64,000 nt of DNA from an uncultured Candidatus Saccharibacteria bacterium (GCA_964467385.1 CAYXQC010000004.1:9429-73428); one strand, 5' to 3'; counted from the stretch's first letter, positions 38,766 through 49,431 are shown. Numbers and translations: made by a program. The notes: generated by a model not told the origin, from the sequence alone.

Positions 38766-40571
38766 ATGAAAAAAGTAAAAACAGAAAAAAATATCAATAC
38801 AGAACACCAGTGGGATTTCACTGACTTATATAAAGATCTGAATGACCCGAAACTTGAGCAAGATATTGCTGAAGTTGAAACACTTTGCGCCGATTTTGAA
38901 AAAAAGTACAAAAATGATCAGGAATACCTTAAGGATGAATCAAACGACACGCTCGTAGTAGCGATGAATGACTGGGAAAAACTTCATGATACCATCGGTA
39001 TGATTAAGCCTCTTTGGTATCTTTTCAATATGCAATCAATTATGAGCGGCAATGCAAAACTCGATCAAAAAATTGGCCAGCTCGAACCGAGAGCGACAAA
39101 TGCCGTAAATAGAATCGTCTTCTTTCCACTTGAGCTTGGTAAATTACCAGAAAAACGCCAGGCTAAAATTCTTAAAGATCCTCGGTTCGCATTTTTTGTA
39201 TACTACTTAAAGCGAACTTTTGAAGTTGCAAAATACAATCTTACCGAAGAAGCTGAAAAAGTGAATAATCTTTTAACCCGACCAGCTCGAACGCTTTGGA
39301 TTGATGGTTTTGAAAAGCTTACAAACAAAGAAACTGTTAAATTTAAGGGTAAAAATATTCCGTTATCGCAGGCACAGACTATGATTCATCAGCTACCACT
39401 TGCTGATCGTAGAAAACTCCACGATCTTTGCATGGAAAAGCTAAAATCGATTAGCTATTTTGCAGAGCAAGAAATAAATGCAGTGTACACTACAAAGAAA
39501 ATAAATGATGAGCTTCGTGGATATGAAAAGCCATATTCTGAAACTATTATTGGATATGAAAATTCTATCGAAACAATCGAGAATCTGGTTAAAACTGTTT
39601 CTGATAATTTCGCAATTTCAAATCGTTTCTATACTTTGAAGAAAAAACTTCTTAAACTGCCATACCTTGAATATGCTGATCGAGCAGTTGGTATTGCTAA
39701 AAAGCAGGTACAGATCCCTTTTGAAAAATCCGTAGAAATTCTTCGATCTGCGTTCGGAAAAGCGGGTGAACGGTACCTGCACATTCTTGATAAAATGCTC
39801 AAGGATAAGCGAATAGACGTGTACTCACGAATAGGTAAGCGAGGCGGTGCGTATTGTTGGGGTGGCCAAACTGTACCAACAGTTGTACTCCTTAACTATG
39901 TGCCAAGTGTCGATGCGGTTATGACATTTGCTCATGAAATGGGTCATGCAATTCACACTGAACTTTCCAAAAAGCAAAGAAAGTTTTATCAAAGTTACAC
40001 TATTTCTGTTGCTGAAATTGCCAGTACATTTTTTGAGAATCTAGCATTCCAGGAATTATTCGAAAAAATGTCGGACACAGAAAAGATTTACGCACTGTAC
40101 GATCGATTGGCTGATAGTATGCAAACTATTTTCAGACAAATTGCATGTTTTAACTTCGAATTGAAATTGCATGAAGATCTGCGAAAAAATGGTGCGCTAA
40201 CTGCTGCGGAAATATGCAAAGCACATAATACTGAAATGAGCAGATATCTCGGCAAAGCAGTCAAAATGCATGAACTAGACGGTTATCTCTTTTGTTCATG
40301 GAGTCATATTCGAAACTTTTTCTATGTGTATTCATATGCATACGGCGAACTTATCAGCCGCGCATTGTACAAGAAGTGTAAAGAAGATGACAGCTTTTTT
40401 GCCAAGGTTGATATGTTTTTGGAAGCCGGAAACAGTATGTCGCCTGATAATATATTCAAATCAATCGGCTTCGATGTAAGTAAGTCAAGCTTTTTCGAAA
40501 AAGGTTTGCAGTCTATTGAGGAAGATTTGACTACACTTGAGAAATTGATGAAGAAAAATAAGATGATTTAA
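38766..40571 (+). CDS. pepF: oligoendopeptidase F (M3 family zinc metallopeptidase)
   Basis: HExxH zinc motif TFAHEMGHAIH. Length and layout typical of M3B. Confidence 0.85.
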   Translation: MKKVKTEKNINTEHQWDFTDLYKDLNDPKLEQDIAEVETLCADFEKKYKNDQEYLKDESNDTLVVAMNDWEKLHDTIGMIKPLWYLFNMQSIMSGNAKLDQKIGQLEPRATNAVNRIVFFPLELGKLPEKRQAKILKDPRFAFFVYYLKRTFEVAKYNLTEEAEKVNNLLTRPARTLWIDGFEKLTNKETVKFKGKNIPLSQAQTMIHQLPLADRRKLHDLCMEKLKSISYFAEQEINAVYTTKKINDELRGYEKPYSETIIGYENSIETIENLVKTVSDNFAISNRFYTLKKKLLKLPYLEYADRAVGIAKKQVQIPFEKSVEILRSAFGKAGERYLHILDKMLKDKRIDVYSRIGKRGGAYCWGGQTVPTVVLLNYVPSVDAVMTFAHEMGHAIHTELSKKQRKFYQSYTISVAEIASTFFENLAFQELFEKMSDTEKIYALYDRLADSMQTIFRQIACFNFELKLHEDLRKNGALTAAEICKAHNTEMSRYLGKAVKMHELDGYLFCSWSHIRNFFYVYSYAYGELISRALYKKCKEDDSFFAKVDMFLEAGNSMSPDNIFKSIGFDVSKSSFFEKGLQSIEEDLTTLEKLMKKNKMI

Positions 40572-40625
40572 AGCTGCATTAAATCCTAGAAAAACCCCGT
40601 AAATTGTGCTAAAATCGAGCCTACT

Positions 40626-42494
40626 ATGCAGCCGGCACAGCCTACTATGAATTCTTCAGAAATCCGAAAGCGTTTCTTGGCTTTCTTCGAAAAGCGAGGT
40701 CACGCTATTCTCCCGAGCGCTCCACTTGTACCTGAGAACGATCCGTCAGTGCTTTTTAACACTGCTGGCATGCAACCTTTGGTGCCGTATCTTCTTGGCG
40801 AAAAACACCCACTCGGCACTCGTCTAGCTAACTTTCAGAAATGCGTACGAACAGTAGACTTTGATGAGATTGGTGATAATACACATTTTACTTTTTTTGA
40901 AATGATGGGTAACTGGTCACTTGGTGACTATTTTAAAAAAGAAGCGATTGAATGGAGCTATGAACTTCTCACAAACAAGGAAGAGGGTTTTGGTCTCGAT
41001 CCGCAGCGACTCTATGTAACTTGTTTTGAAGGAAATGAAAATGCACCGCGAGACGATGAGTCTGCTGGTATTTGGCGTGAGATTTTCGAGCGAAATGGTG
41101 TGACTGGCGAGCGGATTTACTTTATGCCAGCTAAAAATAACTGGTGGAGTCCTGGTGACAATGGTCCATGTGGCCCTGATACTGAGATGTTTTACGACGT
41201 AACAGGAAATCATGCTGACGCTAAAGGAATGACGAAAGAAGAATACTTGGCAGCTGATAATAAACAGGAAGTTGTGGAGATTTGGAACGATGTGTTTATG
41301 GAATACCGAGCAGAAAACGGTAAAGTAGTTGGTAAGCTTGCTACAAAAAACGTAGACACTGGTTCTGGCTATGAACGAGTGACTATGGTGCTTCAAGGTA
41401 AGACAAATGCATATGATACTGACATTTTTGCTTCAACATTTGCCAAAATAAGCGAACTTAAAACCTTATCTGACACAAAAAAAGAGCGAATAATCGTTGA
41501 TCATACTCGAACATCGGTGATGCTCATTTCAGACTGCGTCACCCCATCAAACACCGATCAAGGGTACATTTTACGACGACTAATTCGACGAGCTGTGCGT
41601 GTAGCTGATGAAATCGGTATGAAACCCGGATCACTCTTCTGGATCGCTGATACACTTATCGAGCAGTATAAAGATATCTATGAAAACGTTGGGCGACTTC
41701 GGGAGACTATCAAGGTTACTATTGATACTGAAGAGAAAAAATTCAGAAATACTTTAAAAGATGGTCTTAAAGAATTTAATAAAAGTTTGGAGAAAATTCA
41801 GGCTGAAAGTGGTAGCAATTCTGGTGCGAAAAATTTAATTTCAGGTGAAATTGCATTCAAACTCGTTACAACATACGGCTTCCCATTTGAAATGGTCAAA
41901 GAAATGGCTAAGGATAAAGGTTTTGAGGTAGATATTGCAAATTTTGAGGAAAAATTTGAAGCTCACAAGTCACTTTCACGGGCCGGCGCTGAACAGAAGT
42001 TCAAAGGTGGTCTTGGTGACACAAGTGAAATGTCAGTAAAGTATCACACAGCCACGCATCTCTTGCATCAAGCGCTTCGAGAAGTTCTTGGTGAGCATGT
42101 ACAGCAAAAGGGAAGTAATATCACTCCAGAACGGCTTCGGTTTGACTTTGCTCATCCTGCCAAAATGACTGATGAAGAAAAAAATCGAGTTGAAGGAATT
42201 GTAAATGAAAAAATCAAAGCGGCACTTCCTGTTGCTGTTGTAAGTCTACCCTTTGCAGAAGCTGAAAAGACCGGTGCATTGCATTTCTTTGGTGAGAAGT
42301 ATGGCGACACAGTTACGGTTTACTACATCGGCGATCAAGCAGATGAAAAAGGTACAAACATTGAACACGCATTTTCTAAAGAATTCTGTGGTGGTCCTCA
42401 TGTAAAAAACACAAGCGAACTTGGAACATTTAAGATTCAAAAAGAAGAGGCTGTTTCTCAGGGAGTAAGACGAATTAAAGCGGTTTTGAATTAA
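40626..42494 (+). CDS. alaS: alanyl-tRNA synthetase, short form (catalytic + editing domains, no C-Ala domain)
   Basis: N-terminus SEIRKRFLAFFEKRGHAILPSAPLVP. Editing-site HTATHLLHQALREVLGEHVQQKGS and CGGPH. Only 622 aa. The likely true start is the ATG at 40647. Confidence 0.85.
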   Translation: MQPAQPTMNSSEIRKRFLAFFEKRGHAILPSAPLVPENDPSVLFNTAGMQPLVPYLLGEKHPLGTRLANFQKCVRTVDFDEIGDNTHFTFFEMMGNWSLGDYFKKEAIEWSYELLTNKEEGFGLDPQRLYVTCFEGNENAPRDDESAGIWREIFERNGVTGERIYFMPAKNNWWSPGDNGPCGPDTEMFYDVTGNHADAKGMTKEEYLAADNKQEVVEIWNDVFMEYRAENGKVVGKLATKNVDTGSGYERVTMVLQGKTNAYDTDIFASTFAKISELKTLSDTKKERIIVDHTRTSVMLISDCVTPSNTDQGYILRRLIRRAVRVADEIGMKPGSLFWIADTLIEQYKDIYENVGRLRETIKVTIDTEEKKFRNTLKDGLKEFNKSLEKIQAESGSNSGAKNLISGEIAFKLVTTYGFPFEMVKEMAKDKGFEVDIANFEEKFEAHKSLSRAGAEQKFKGGLGDTSEMSVKYHTATHLLHQALREVLGEHVQQKGSNITPERLRFDFAHPAKMTDEEKNRVEGIVNEKIKAALPVAVVSLPFAEAEKTGALHFFGEKYGDTVTVYYIGDQADEKGTNIEHAFSKEFCGGPHVKNTSELGTFKIQKEEAVSQGVRRIKAVLN

Positions 42495-42588
42495 GGATTT
42501 TATCTTATTTGAACACGGAAATTTATTTTGCATAAAAATGTGCAAAACTTACCCATATATAGAGTCTTTTTGATATAATGGGTTTTAT

Positions 42589-43743
42589 ATGAAGTTACTG
42601 GGTTCTCTTGTTTTTTATATTGGCAACGGAGTTGTGAAAGCCGGTCTCGTTGTGCATGAAAAAAATAAGGCACCACGTATTGTTTCGCTTATTGTCAAGG
42701 ATTTACCACACCATGAAGAGCGTGACCGAGAACACCTAGAAAAACGTATCTTATCTGAGTTCAATGAGCTCGTCACAGAGTTCAAGAATCATCAAATCAA
42801 AAATCTTCTCGACAAAGGTATTTCTGTTTCCATTAAAAACGCTCTTGTTTTACTTTCCTCACCTTGGTACATTTCTGAAACTTCTATTATAAAAATGAAG
42901 GAACAGAAGCCTTTTGTGGTAACCGAGCAACTTATCGAAAAGGCAAAAGACGATATCATCAAAGGCTACCGTGATGCTCACAAGCTCGATGTAACTGTAC
43001 TCGAGCAAAAAATAATCAATATTATTCTAAATGGTTACCCAACAACTGAACCTTTAAGGAAAAAAGTACAGACCTTGGATATGAATATTTTTACTAGTTT
43101 TGCTCGTAAATCTTCGGTTGACCAGATTAAGGATATTATTAATAAAAACTTTCATACCACTTCTACTACTGTCCATTCACAATCGATCGTCTCTTTCAGT
43201 GTTATAAGTAACATCTGGAGAGAGATGCTTCAATACATCATTGTAGATGTAACCTCACAACTCACCGAGCTTGTGGCTATTAGAAAAGGTACTTTATCAG
43301 AGGCCTACTCTTTCCCGAAAGGTAAACAGTTTTTAGTCAGAATCATATCCGAAGGTTTGAGCGTCTCTACAGAAGTGGCAGAGTCTATGATTCGTATGAA
43401 AAACAACGGAGAAATAGATGCTGATCTTGATACCAAAATATCGACCTTTTTGAAGAAAGCAAATGATGAGTGGCTCAAAGATTTCTCTAATTCACTTCGT
43501 GTAATGTCTGGTAGCACTTCACTTCCAAATTCGTTTTTCTTGTTTGCACCAAAGGATGTCTCACATATTTTCTCTGAGTACATCTCATCAGAGGAATATC
43601 AGCAGTTCTCGTTTGCTGAAGGAAAATTTATAGTTAAAGCACTTGCTGCACAAGATTTTTCACCTTATGCCAAAAATGAGTCAGACAAAGAAGCAGATTT
43701 GTCACTCACACTAGGGGCAATATACAGTGGGATTATCATCTAG
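42589..43743 (+). CDS. hypothetical actin-like ATPase fold protein (PilM/FtsA-like), low confidence
   Basis: Phosphate-1-like FYIGNGVVKAGLV and phosphate-2-like IIVDVTSQLTELVAIRKG. Confidence 0.4.
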   Translation: MKLLGSLVFYIGNGVVKAGLVVHEKNKAPRIVSLIVKDLPHHEERDREHLEKRILSEFNELVTEFKNHQIKNLLDKGISVSIKNALVLLSSPWYISETSIIKMKEQKPFVVTEQLIEKAKDDIIKGYRDAHKLDVTVLEQKIINIILNGYPTTEPLRKKVQTLDMNIFTSFARKSSVDQIKDIINKNFHTTSTTVHSQSIVSFSVISNIWREMLQYIIVDVTSQLTELVAIRKGTLSEAYSFPKGKQFLVRIISEGLSVSTEVAESMIRMKNNGEIDADLDTKISTFLKKANDEWLKDFSNSLRVMSGSTSLPNSFFLFAPKDVSHIFSEYISSEEYQQFSFAEGKFIVKALAAQDFSPYAKNESDKEADLSLTLGAIYSGIII

Positions 43744-43783
43744 AAAATTAAACATCAAATTTATTTAAAATTTATATAAATAT

Positions 43784-45166
43784 ATGGAAAAAAACTTCTA
43801 CGATATCATTCCAAACGAAAAGCGAAGTATCCGAAATATTCCTATTCCAAAGAAAAAAAAGGATGAGGTTCGTAAAGCAGTTGTTGCATCTGATGCAGAA
43901 GCTGAACATATCTCTGTAGCGAAAACAGAAGAGTTTGCCTCTATGGAAGACAAAGTTACATTAAAGAGGAGTCAAAATAACGAAAGTTTTGAGGATTGGG
44001 AAAAAAGCAGAAAGGGTGATAAATCATATTGGAAAGCCTACACAATACTTGCTCTTATTATTGTCTTTATAGGTTTCCTTCTTTCGACGACATTTGCGCG
44101 GGCGACCATTACAATCAGTCCTGTGCGTCATGATCTTGCTATAAAGGATTTAAAGATTTCTTTTGATGAATTGACTCATGAATCCATTTCTGGTGAAGAC
44201 TACAAAGCTGAAACAGAAGTAGATGCAAACGGAAGTGTAAAAGTTGATCGTAAGGCAGTTGGCACAGTTGTCTTGTACAACGCATATTCAAGCACTGCTC
44301 AAAAACTAGTAGCTGGTACACGGCTTGAGACTCCTAAAGGTTTGATATATAAGCTCAAAAATGCAGTCACTATTCCAGGTCAAACAACTTCTGAAGGAAA
44401 AAAGACTCCAGGAAGCGTATCTGTTGAAGTAGAAGCTAGTGAATCTGGCGACAAATACAATTCTAGTCCACAAGATTTTAAAGTCGTGGCATATAAGGGT
44501 ACCGATAAGTACAATACTATTTATGGACGATCAAAAAGTTCGCTTACTGATGGATTTTCAGGAACGGTCCCAAATATCAGCCAAAAAGCTATTGCTGATA
44601 GTCTAGCAGAGCTCAAAAAACAGATTCAGGCACAAATAAATGCTGATTTTCTAAAGCAGGCAAGTAAGATAGATGGTGGCTTTGTATATATAAAAAACAG
44701 CGCAGTTATCACATATGCACAGCCAAAACAGGATATGAACCGAGCTGGTACAAAAGCGACAATTACACTAACAGCTAAAGCAACTGCGCTTATATTTGAC
44801 GAGTCTGCGCTTTCTGAACTTATTATCCAAAAAGAAAATCCTACCAGCTCAAGTACAAGTGCGAGTTCGACTACTGGACTTAGTCTCGCTGAAGAGCCAA
44901 AACTCGTATACGGAGGTATTTTCGATAGCCTTTCAGCTACAACCGCTACTGACAATTCTTGGATGGTCCTCAATGGAACGACGAGTATTGCTTCGATAGT
45001 TGAAGAACTTAAACTCGCCAAAACAGTAAGTGGACTTTCAAAAGAACAGGCTCTTTCTGCTCTTAAAGACTACATCGAGGTTGATTCAATCGATATCAGT
45101 ATCATTCCGTGGTGGGTCAAAACACTTCCAAGTGCAGATAAAATTAAAGTAGTGCTTGAAAAATAG
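43784..45166 (+). CDS. hypothetical membrane-anchored extracytoplasmic protein (460 aa)
   Basis: Single TM (ILALIIVFIGFLLSTTFA) after a charged N-terminus. Partner of the upstream actin-like gene. Confidence 0.45.
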   Translation: MEKNFYDIIPNEKRSIRNIPIPKKKKDEVRKAVVASDAEAEHISVAKTEEFASMEDKVTLKRSQNNESFEDWEKSRKGDKSYWKAYTILALIIVFIGFLLSTTFARATITISPVRHDLAIKDLKISFDELTHESISGEDYKAETEVDANGSVKVDRKAVGTVVLYNAYSSTAQKLVAGTRLETPKGLIYKLKNAVTIPGQTTSEGKKTPGSVSVEVEASESGDKYNSSPQDFKVVAYKGTDKYNTIYGRSKSSLTDGFSGTVPNISQKAIADSLAELKKQIQAQINADFLKQASKIDGGFVYIKNSAVITYAQPKQDMNRAGTKATITLTAKATALIFDESALSELIIQKENPTSSSTSASSTTGLSLAEEPKLVYGGIFDSLSATTATDNSWMVLNGTTSIASIVEELKLAKTVSGLSKEQALSALKDYIEVDSIDISIIPWWVKTLPSADKIKVVLEK

Positions 45167-45200
45167 CCTATAAAATGGTACTGTATACCTTGTCATTTCA

Positions 45201-45434
45201 ATGCATCCAACTCACGACAATTCCAACAAGAAAGAGGCGCTTTACGGTAGAGTAGTAGAGGCTCTTCCAAACACACTTTTTAAAGTACAGATCGAAGGCG
45301 GTTCAGACGAACCGGTCCTTTCGTTCCTTGGAGGAAAGATGCTCCACAACCGTATTAGAGTGGTTATTGGAGATAGGGTTATGGTTGAAATTGACCCCTA
45401 TGGTGGGAAAGCCCGGATCACACGGAGAATGTAG
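45201..45434 (+). CDS. infA: translation initiation factor IF-1
   Basis: S1-like GRVVEALPNTLFKVQIEGG...LSFLGGKMLHNRIRVVIGDRVMVEIDPYGGKARITRR. Confidence 0.8.
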   Translation: MHPTHDNSNKKEALYGRVVEALPNTLFKVQIEGGSDEPVLSFLGGKMLHNRIRVVIGDRVMVEIDPYGGKARITRRM

Positions 45435-45502
45435 GGGAAAACGGACTTTACAATATTATTCAATTATAGTAGGATGTCTTCTACAACTTTTTATATATAT
45501 TT

Positions 45503-45619
45503 ATGCGAGTAAAAGCTTCAGTTAAAACAAAATGTACACATTGCAAAGTGGTCCGACGAAAGGGATCAGTTTATATTACCTGTAAGGCAAATATTCGACA
45601 TAAGCAGAAGCAGGGCTAG
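45503..45619 (+). CDS. rpmJ: 50S ribosomal protein L36 (38 aa, missed by the ORF track)
   Basis: [38 protein letters not shown] with the zinc-ribbon C..C...C..H pattern. Confidence 0.85.
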   Translation: MRVKASVKTKCTHCKVVRRKGSVYITCKANIRHKQKQG

Positions 45620-45676
45620 TACTGCTCATATATAATCGACTGAAATTACACTAACCCTTAAACCAAAGAAACATCC

Positions 45677-46054
45677 ATGCGAATACTAGGTATCACAATT
45701 CCAGACAATCGACGACTCGAAATGGCCCTCACAGCACTTTATGGTATTGGCCGACCACGAGCGAAAAAAATCCTTCTCGAAGCTGGTGTAGACTTTGGTA
45801 AGACGACTGCTGATATTTCTGCTGACGAAGAAAACAAGATTCGACAGATTGTTGAGTCATTTAAGCTCGAAGCTGATCTTAAGCGAGAGATCGGATCAAA
45901 CATTAAGCGACTCAAAGATATTAAGTCATACCGAGGTTCTCGACATGCTCGGCGACTTCCTGCGCGAGGACAGCGAACAAAGACAAATGCTCGTACCTTG
46001 AAAGGTGTAAAGAAGACTATGGGTTCTGGAAAGAAAAAGGAGTCTAAGAAGTAG
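45677..46054 (+). CDS. rpsM: 30S ribosomal protein S13
   Basis: MRILGITIPDNRRLEMALTALYGIGRPRAKKIL. Confidence 0.92.
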   Translation: MRILGITIPDNRRLEMALTALYGIGRPRAKKILLEAGVDFGKTTADISADEENKIRQIVESFKLEADLKREIGSNIKRLKDIKSYRGSRHARRLPARGQRTKTNARTLKGVKKTMGSGKKKESKK

Positions 46055-46105
46055 TTCTAGATAGTTATATTTATTAATAAACCAACAACAGATAACAATA
46101 AAGCC

Positions 46106-46531
46106 ATGGGTAAGAAACGAATCGTAAAAACAGCAGGTGAAGGTGAAACAGCGGCAAAGGCTACATCTTCGTCATCAAAGAAGAAAGTAGATGCTGGTAT
46201 TCTTCATGTTCAGTCTACATACAACAACACAAAGCTTATCCTTACAGATACAAAGGGTAATGCTGTTGCATGGTCATCATCTGGTTCTCTTGGATTCAAG
46301 GGTGCAAAGAAGGGTACTCCTTTTGCAGCTGCTAAGATTGGCGAAGTTCTTGCTGACAAAGCACTTGCTATGGGTATGAAGGAAGTTTCTGTTGTTATCA
46401 AAGGTGTAGGTTCTGGCCGAGAATCAGCTGTTCGATCTTTTATTACAAAAGGTTTGAGTATTGCTGGTATCAAAGACCAGACTCCAGTTCCTCACAACGG
46501 TCCTAAGCCGCCTAAACCACGACGAGTATAG
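46106..46531 (+). CDS. rpsK: 30S ribosomal protein S11
   Basis: ILHVQSTYNNTKLILTDTKGNAVAWSSSGSLGFKGAKKGTPFAA. Confidence 0.92.
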   Translation: MGKKRIVKTAGEGETAAKATSSSSKKKVDAGILHVQSTYNNTKLILTDTKGNAVAWSSSGSLGFKGAKKGTPFAAAKIGEVLADKALAMGMKEVSVVIKGVGSGRESAVRSFITKGLSIAGIKDQTPVPHNGPKPPKPRRV

Positions 46532-46583
46532 TCCATATTATTAACTGCATATCGCAAACTGCAAATCAAACACCAAAAATACC

Positions 46584-47186
46584 ATGAAACTAGGTCCAAA
46601 ATTCAAAATCGCACGACGACTCGGTGCACCAATCTTCGAAAAAACTCAAACTGCAAAGTTTAAGGCTACTATTGGTGAAAAGAAAGGTAAGAAGCCAGCT
46701 TCAAAGAGCGATTTCGCACGACAGTTGATCGAGAAGCAGAAGATGCGATTCACATATGGTGTATCTGAAAAGCAATTCGCTGGATATGCAAAGAAGGTGA
46801 TTGCTTCAGGTAGCCACACTCCAGCTTCAGATCTTTTCATCAAGCTTGAAACTCGACTCGACAACGTTGTATACCGACTCGGTCTTACAACTACTCGACA
46901 ATTTGCACGACAGGTTGTTTCTCATGGTCATATTCTTGTAAATGGACGAAAACTAAATATTCCTTCATATGAAGTTAAGCCTGGAGACCTTATCGAAATC
47001 CGACAGGGTAGCAAAACTAATGGTATTTTTAAAGAATTTGAAGAAAAAATAAAAACTATCGAAACTCCTACATGGCTCACTTGGAACATTGAACGAAAGC
47101 AGGGATCAGCACTCAGATTACCGACTACCGAAGGTCAGGAACTTCTGTTCGACTTAAGCGCAGTATTGGAGTATTACAAGCGATAG
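46584..47186 (+). CDS. rpsD: 30S ribosomal protein S4
   Basis: MKLGPKFKIARRLGAPIFEKTQ... plus C-terminal S4 domain. Confidence 0.9.
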   Translation: MKLGPKFKIARRLGAPIFEKTQTAKFKATIGEKKGKKPASKSDFARQLIEKQKMRFTYGVSEKQFAGYAKKVIASGSHTPASDLFIKLETRLDNVVYRLGLTTTRQFARQVVSHGHILVNGRKLNIPSYEVKPGDLIEIRQGSKTNGIFKEFEEKIKTIETPTWLTWNIERKQGSALRLPTTEGQELLFDLSAVLEYYKR

Positions 47187-47243
47187 TATTTTATTAATAA
47201 TAGTTCACTTTTAATTTTAAATTAAATTTTTAACAACAACGCC

Positions 47244-48215
47244 ATGTCTGAAACACAAATCGTACTTCCATCAAAGCCAAAAGCAGTAGAAGAAACATCT
47301 AACTACGGCCATTATGAAATTGACGGTCTTTACCCTGGATATGGCCATACACTCGGTAATTCACTCCGAAGAATCGCTCTTTCATCACTTCCTGGAGCAG
47401 CTGTTACAAGTGTAAAAATCGAAGGTGTAAACCACGAATTTTCAACTATCAAAGGCGTGAGAGAAGATGTGATCAACATCATTCTCAACCTCAAAAAAGT
47501 TCGATTTGCTATTTCAGGTGATGAGGCTCAGACAATCAACCTCAAGATCAAAGGTGTAAAAGAAGTTACAGCAAACGACTTTAAACTCCCAGGTCAGGTT
47601 ACTGTTTCTAACCCTGAAGCATACCTCTTCTCGATCACAGAAGCTTCAACAGAAGTTGAAATGGAAATCAAAGTTGAACGAGGTATTGGCTTTGTCACAA
47701 AAGAACTTATCCAAAAGGATCGAGTCGAAATCGGTAGTATTGCTCTTGATGCTGCATTTTCACCAATCACACTTGCAAACTACGATGTAGAACAAATGCG
47801 AGTAGGTGACCGAACAGACTTCAACAAACTTAAGTTTTATATCAAAACAGACGGCACGGTTTCTCCACGAGATGCATTTGAAAAGTCTATCGAGATTATG
47901 ATTACGCAACTCAAAGCTATCATCGGCTTTAAGGACTCAGAACCTGAAATCACTTCATCTTCTTCACATACTCCTTCAGCTGAGGAATCAGCAGAAAACA
48001 AAGAGGCTCTTGATGACGCACTTAAAACACGAATCGAGTCTATCGACCTATCACAGCGAACAGCCAACGCTCTTGTAAACGCCAATATCCGAACAGTAGG
48101 TGGCCTTATCCGAAAGCGAGAGAAGGATATTCTCGAACTTGACGGTCTAGGATCAAAAGGTGTTGAAGAAATCAAAGTAGCTCTCGAGACACTTGGCTTA
48201 TCTCTAAAATCATAG
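47244..48215 (+). CDS. rpoA: DNA-directed RNA polymerase subunit alpha
   Basis: N-terminal domain YGHYEIDGLYPGYGHTLGNSLRRIALSSLPGAAVT. C-terminal HhH alpha-CTD. Confidence 0.92.
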   Translation: MSETQIVLPSKPKAVEETSNYGHYEIDGLYPGYGHTLGNSLRRIALSSLPGAAVTSVKIEGVNHEFSTIKGVREDVINIILNLKKVRFAISGDEAQTINLKIKGVKEVTANDFKLPGQVTVSNPEAYLFSITEASTEVEMEIKVERGIGFVTKELIQKDRVEIGSIALDAAFSPITLANYDVEQMRVGDRTDFNKLKFYIKTDGTVSPRDAFEKSIEIMITQLKAIIGFKDSEPEITSSSSHTPSAEESAENKEALDDALKTRIESIDLSQRTANALVNANIRTVGGLIRKREKDILELDGLGSKGVEEIKVALETLGLSLKS

Positions 48216-48259
48216 TATTGTATAGGCCCATTATAAAAAGTTCAGATAAATAAAAAGCA

Positions 48260-48610
48260 ATGAGACACCATAACGCAAACAGAAAATTCGGACGAAAAAC
48301 AGACCAAAGAGCTGCGCTTTTGCGGTCTCTTGCTCGAGAACTTTTCCTCCATGGTAAAATCGTAACAACCGAGGCTAAGGCCAAGGAAGTTCGACCGTAT
48401 GCTGAAGAACTTATCACTATTGCACGAGAAGGTGATCTTTCAGCGACACGACTTGTTTCTGCGCGACTTGCAAACAATGTAATTGTTAAGAAACTTGTTA
48501 AAACTATCGCTCCTGCGTACAAAGACCGAAAAGGTGGATACACTCGAATTGTAAAACTCGAAAGACGACCTTCTGACGGCAGCAAGATGGCTGTTATCGA
48601 ACTTGTATAA
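48260..48610 (+). CDS. rplQ: 50S ribosomal protein L17
   Basis: MRHHNANRKFGRKTDQRAALLRSLARELFLHGKIVTT. Confidence 0.9.
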   Translation: MRHHNANRKFGRKTDQRAALLRSLARELFLHGKIVTTEAKAKEVRPYAEELITIAREGDLSATRLVSARLANNVIVKKLVKTIAPAYKDRKGGYTRIVKLERRPSDGSKMAVIELV

Positions 48611-48643
48611 CATTCAACACATTAGCAGATTATCAAAATTACC

Positions 48644-48991
48644 ATGACTAAACACATCATAGACGCACAGAATAAAAAGATCGGACGAGTAGCTACAGAA
48701 GCTGCTATGATCCTTATGGGCAAAAACACTCCAGCTTTTGCAAAGAACGTGGTTGCTGATGTTAAGGTTGAAATCATCAATGCTGCTAAGGCTGAAATCA
48801 CTCAAAAGAAAAAGGATGGCAAATTCTACCTTACATACTCAGGTTATCCTGGAGGTCAGCGAAATGAAACTCTGGGCAAATTGATCGAGCGAAAGGGTAT
48901 TACAGAGGTGTTTAAACGAGCCGTAAAAGGTATGCTTCCTGACAACAAGCTTAAGACAAAGGTTCTTCTTAACCTTACTGTTACCGAATAA
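48644..48991 (+). CDS. rplM: 50S ribosomal protein L13
   Basis: IDAQNKKIGRVATEAAMILMGKNTPAFAKNVVAD...YSGYPGG. Confidence 0.85.
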   Translation: MTKHIIDAQNKKIGRVATEAAMILMGKNTPAFAKNVVADVKVEIINAAKAEITQKKKDGKFYLTYSGYPGGQRNETLGKLIERKGITEVFKRAVKGMLPDNKLKTKVLLNLTVTE

Positions 48992-49026
48992 TAAAGCATT
49001 TTGCTCAAATAATATTTAATAAAATC

Positions 49027-49431
49027 ATGACAACTGAAACTAAAAAATACATAGAGGCAATCGGACGACGAAAGACATCTACAGCTCGAGTTCGAATCAC
49101 TCCTTCAACAAAGCAATCTATAAAGATCAATGACAAAGAACTCAATGAATACTTTAAGACTTCAGATCTTCAAGTTAAAGCTCTTGAAGCTGTTGCTAAG
49201 TCAGGTACAGAGCAGAAGTTTGCTATTACAGCTAAAATCGTAGGCGGAGGAACAAGCTCACAGTCAGAAGCACTCCGACACGGTATTGCACGAGCAATCG
49301 AAAAGTCAGAACCACACCTTCGGTCAAACCTTAAGAAGGAAGGTTTCCTTACACGAGATCAACGAACAAAAGAACGACGAAAGTTCGGTCTCAAGAAAGC
49401 TCGAAAAGCACCACAGTGGTCAAAACGATAG
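49027..49431 (+). CDS. rpsI: 30S ribosomal protein S9
   Basis: GRRKTSTARVRITP... C-terminal RRKFGLKKARKAPQWSKR. Confidence 0.9.
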   Translation: MTTETKKYIEAIGRRKTSTARVRITPSTKQSIKINDKELNEYFKTSDLQVKALEAVAKSGTEQKFAITAKIVGGGTSSQSEALRHGIARAIEKSEPHLRSNLKKEGFLTRDQRTKERRKFGLKKARKAPQWSKR

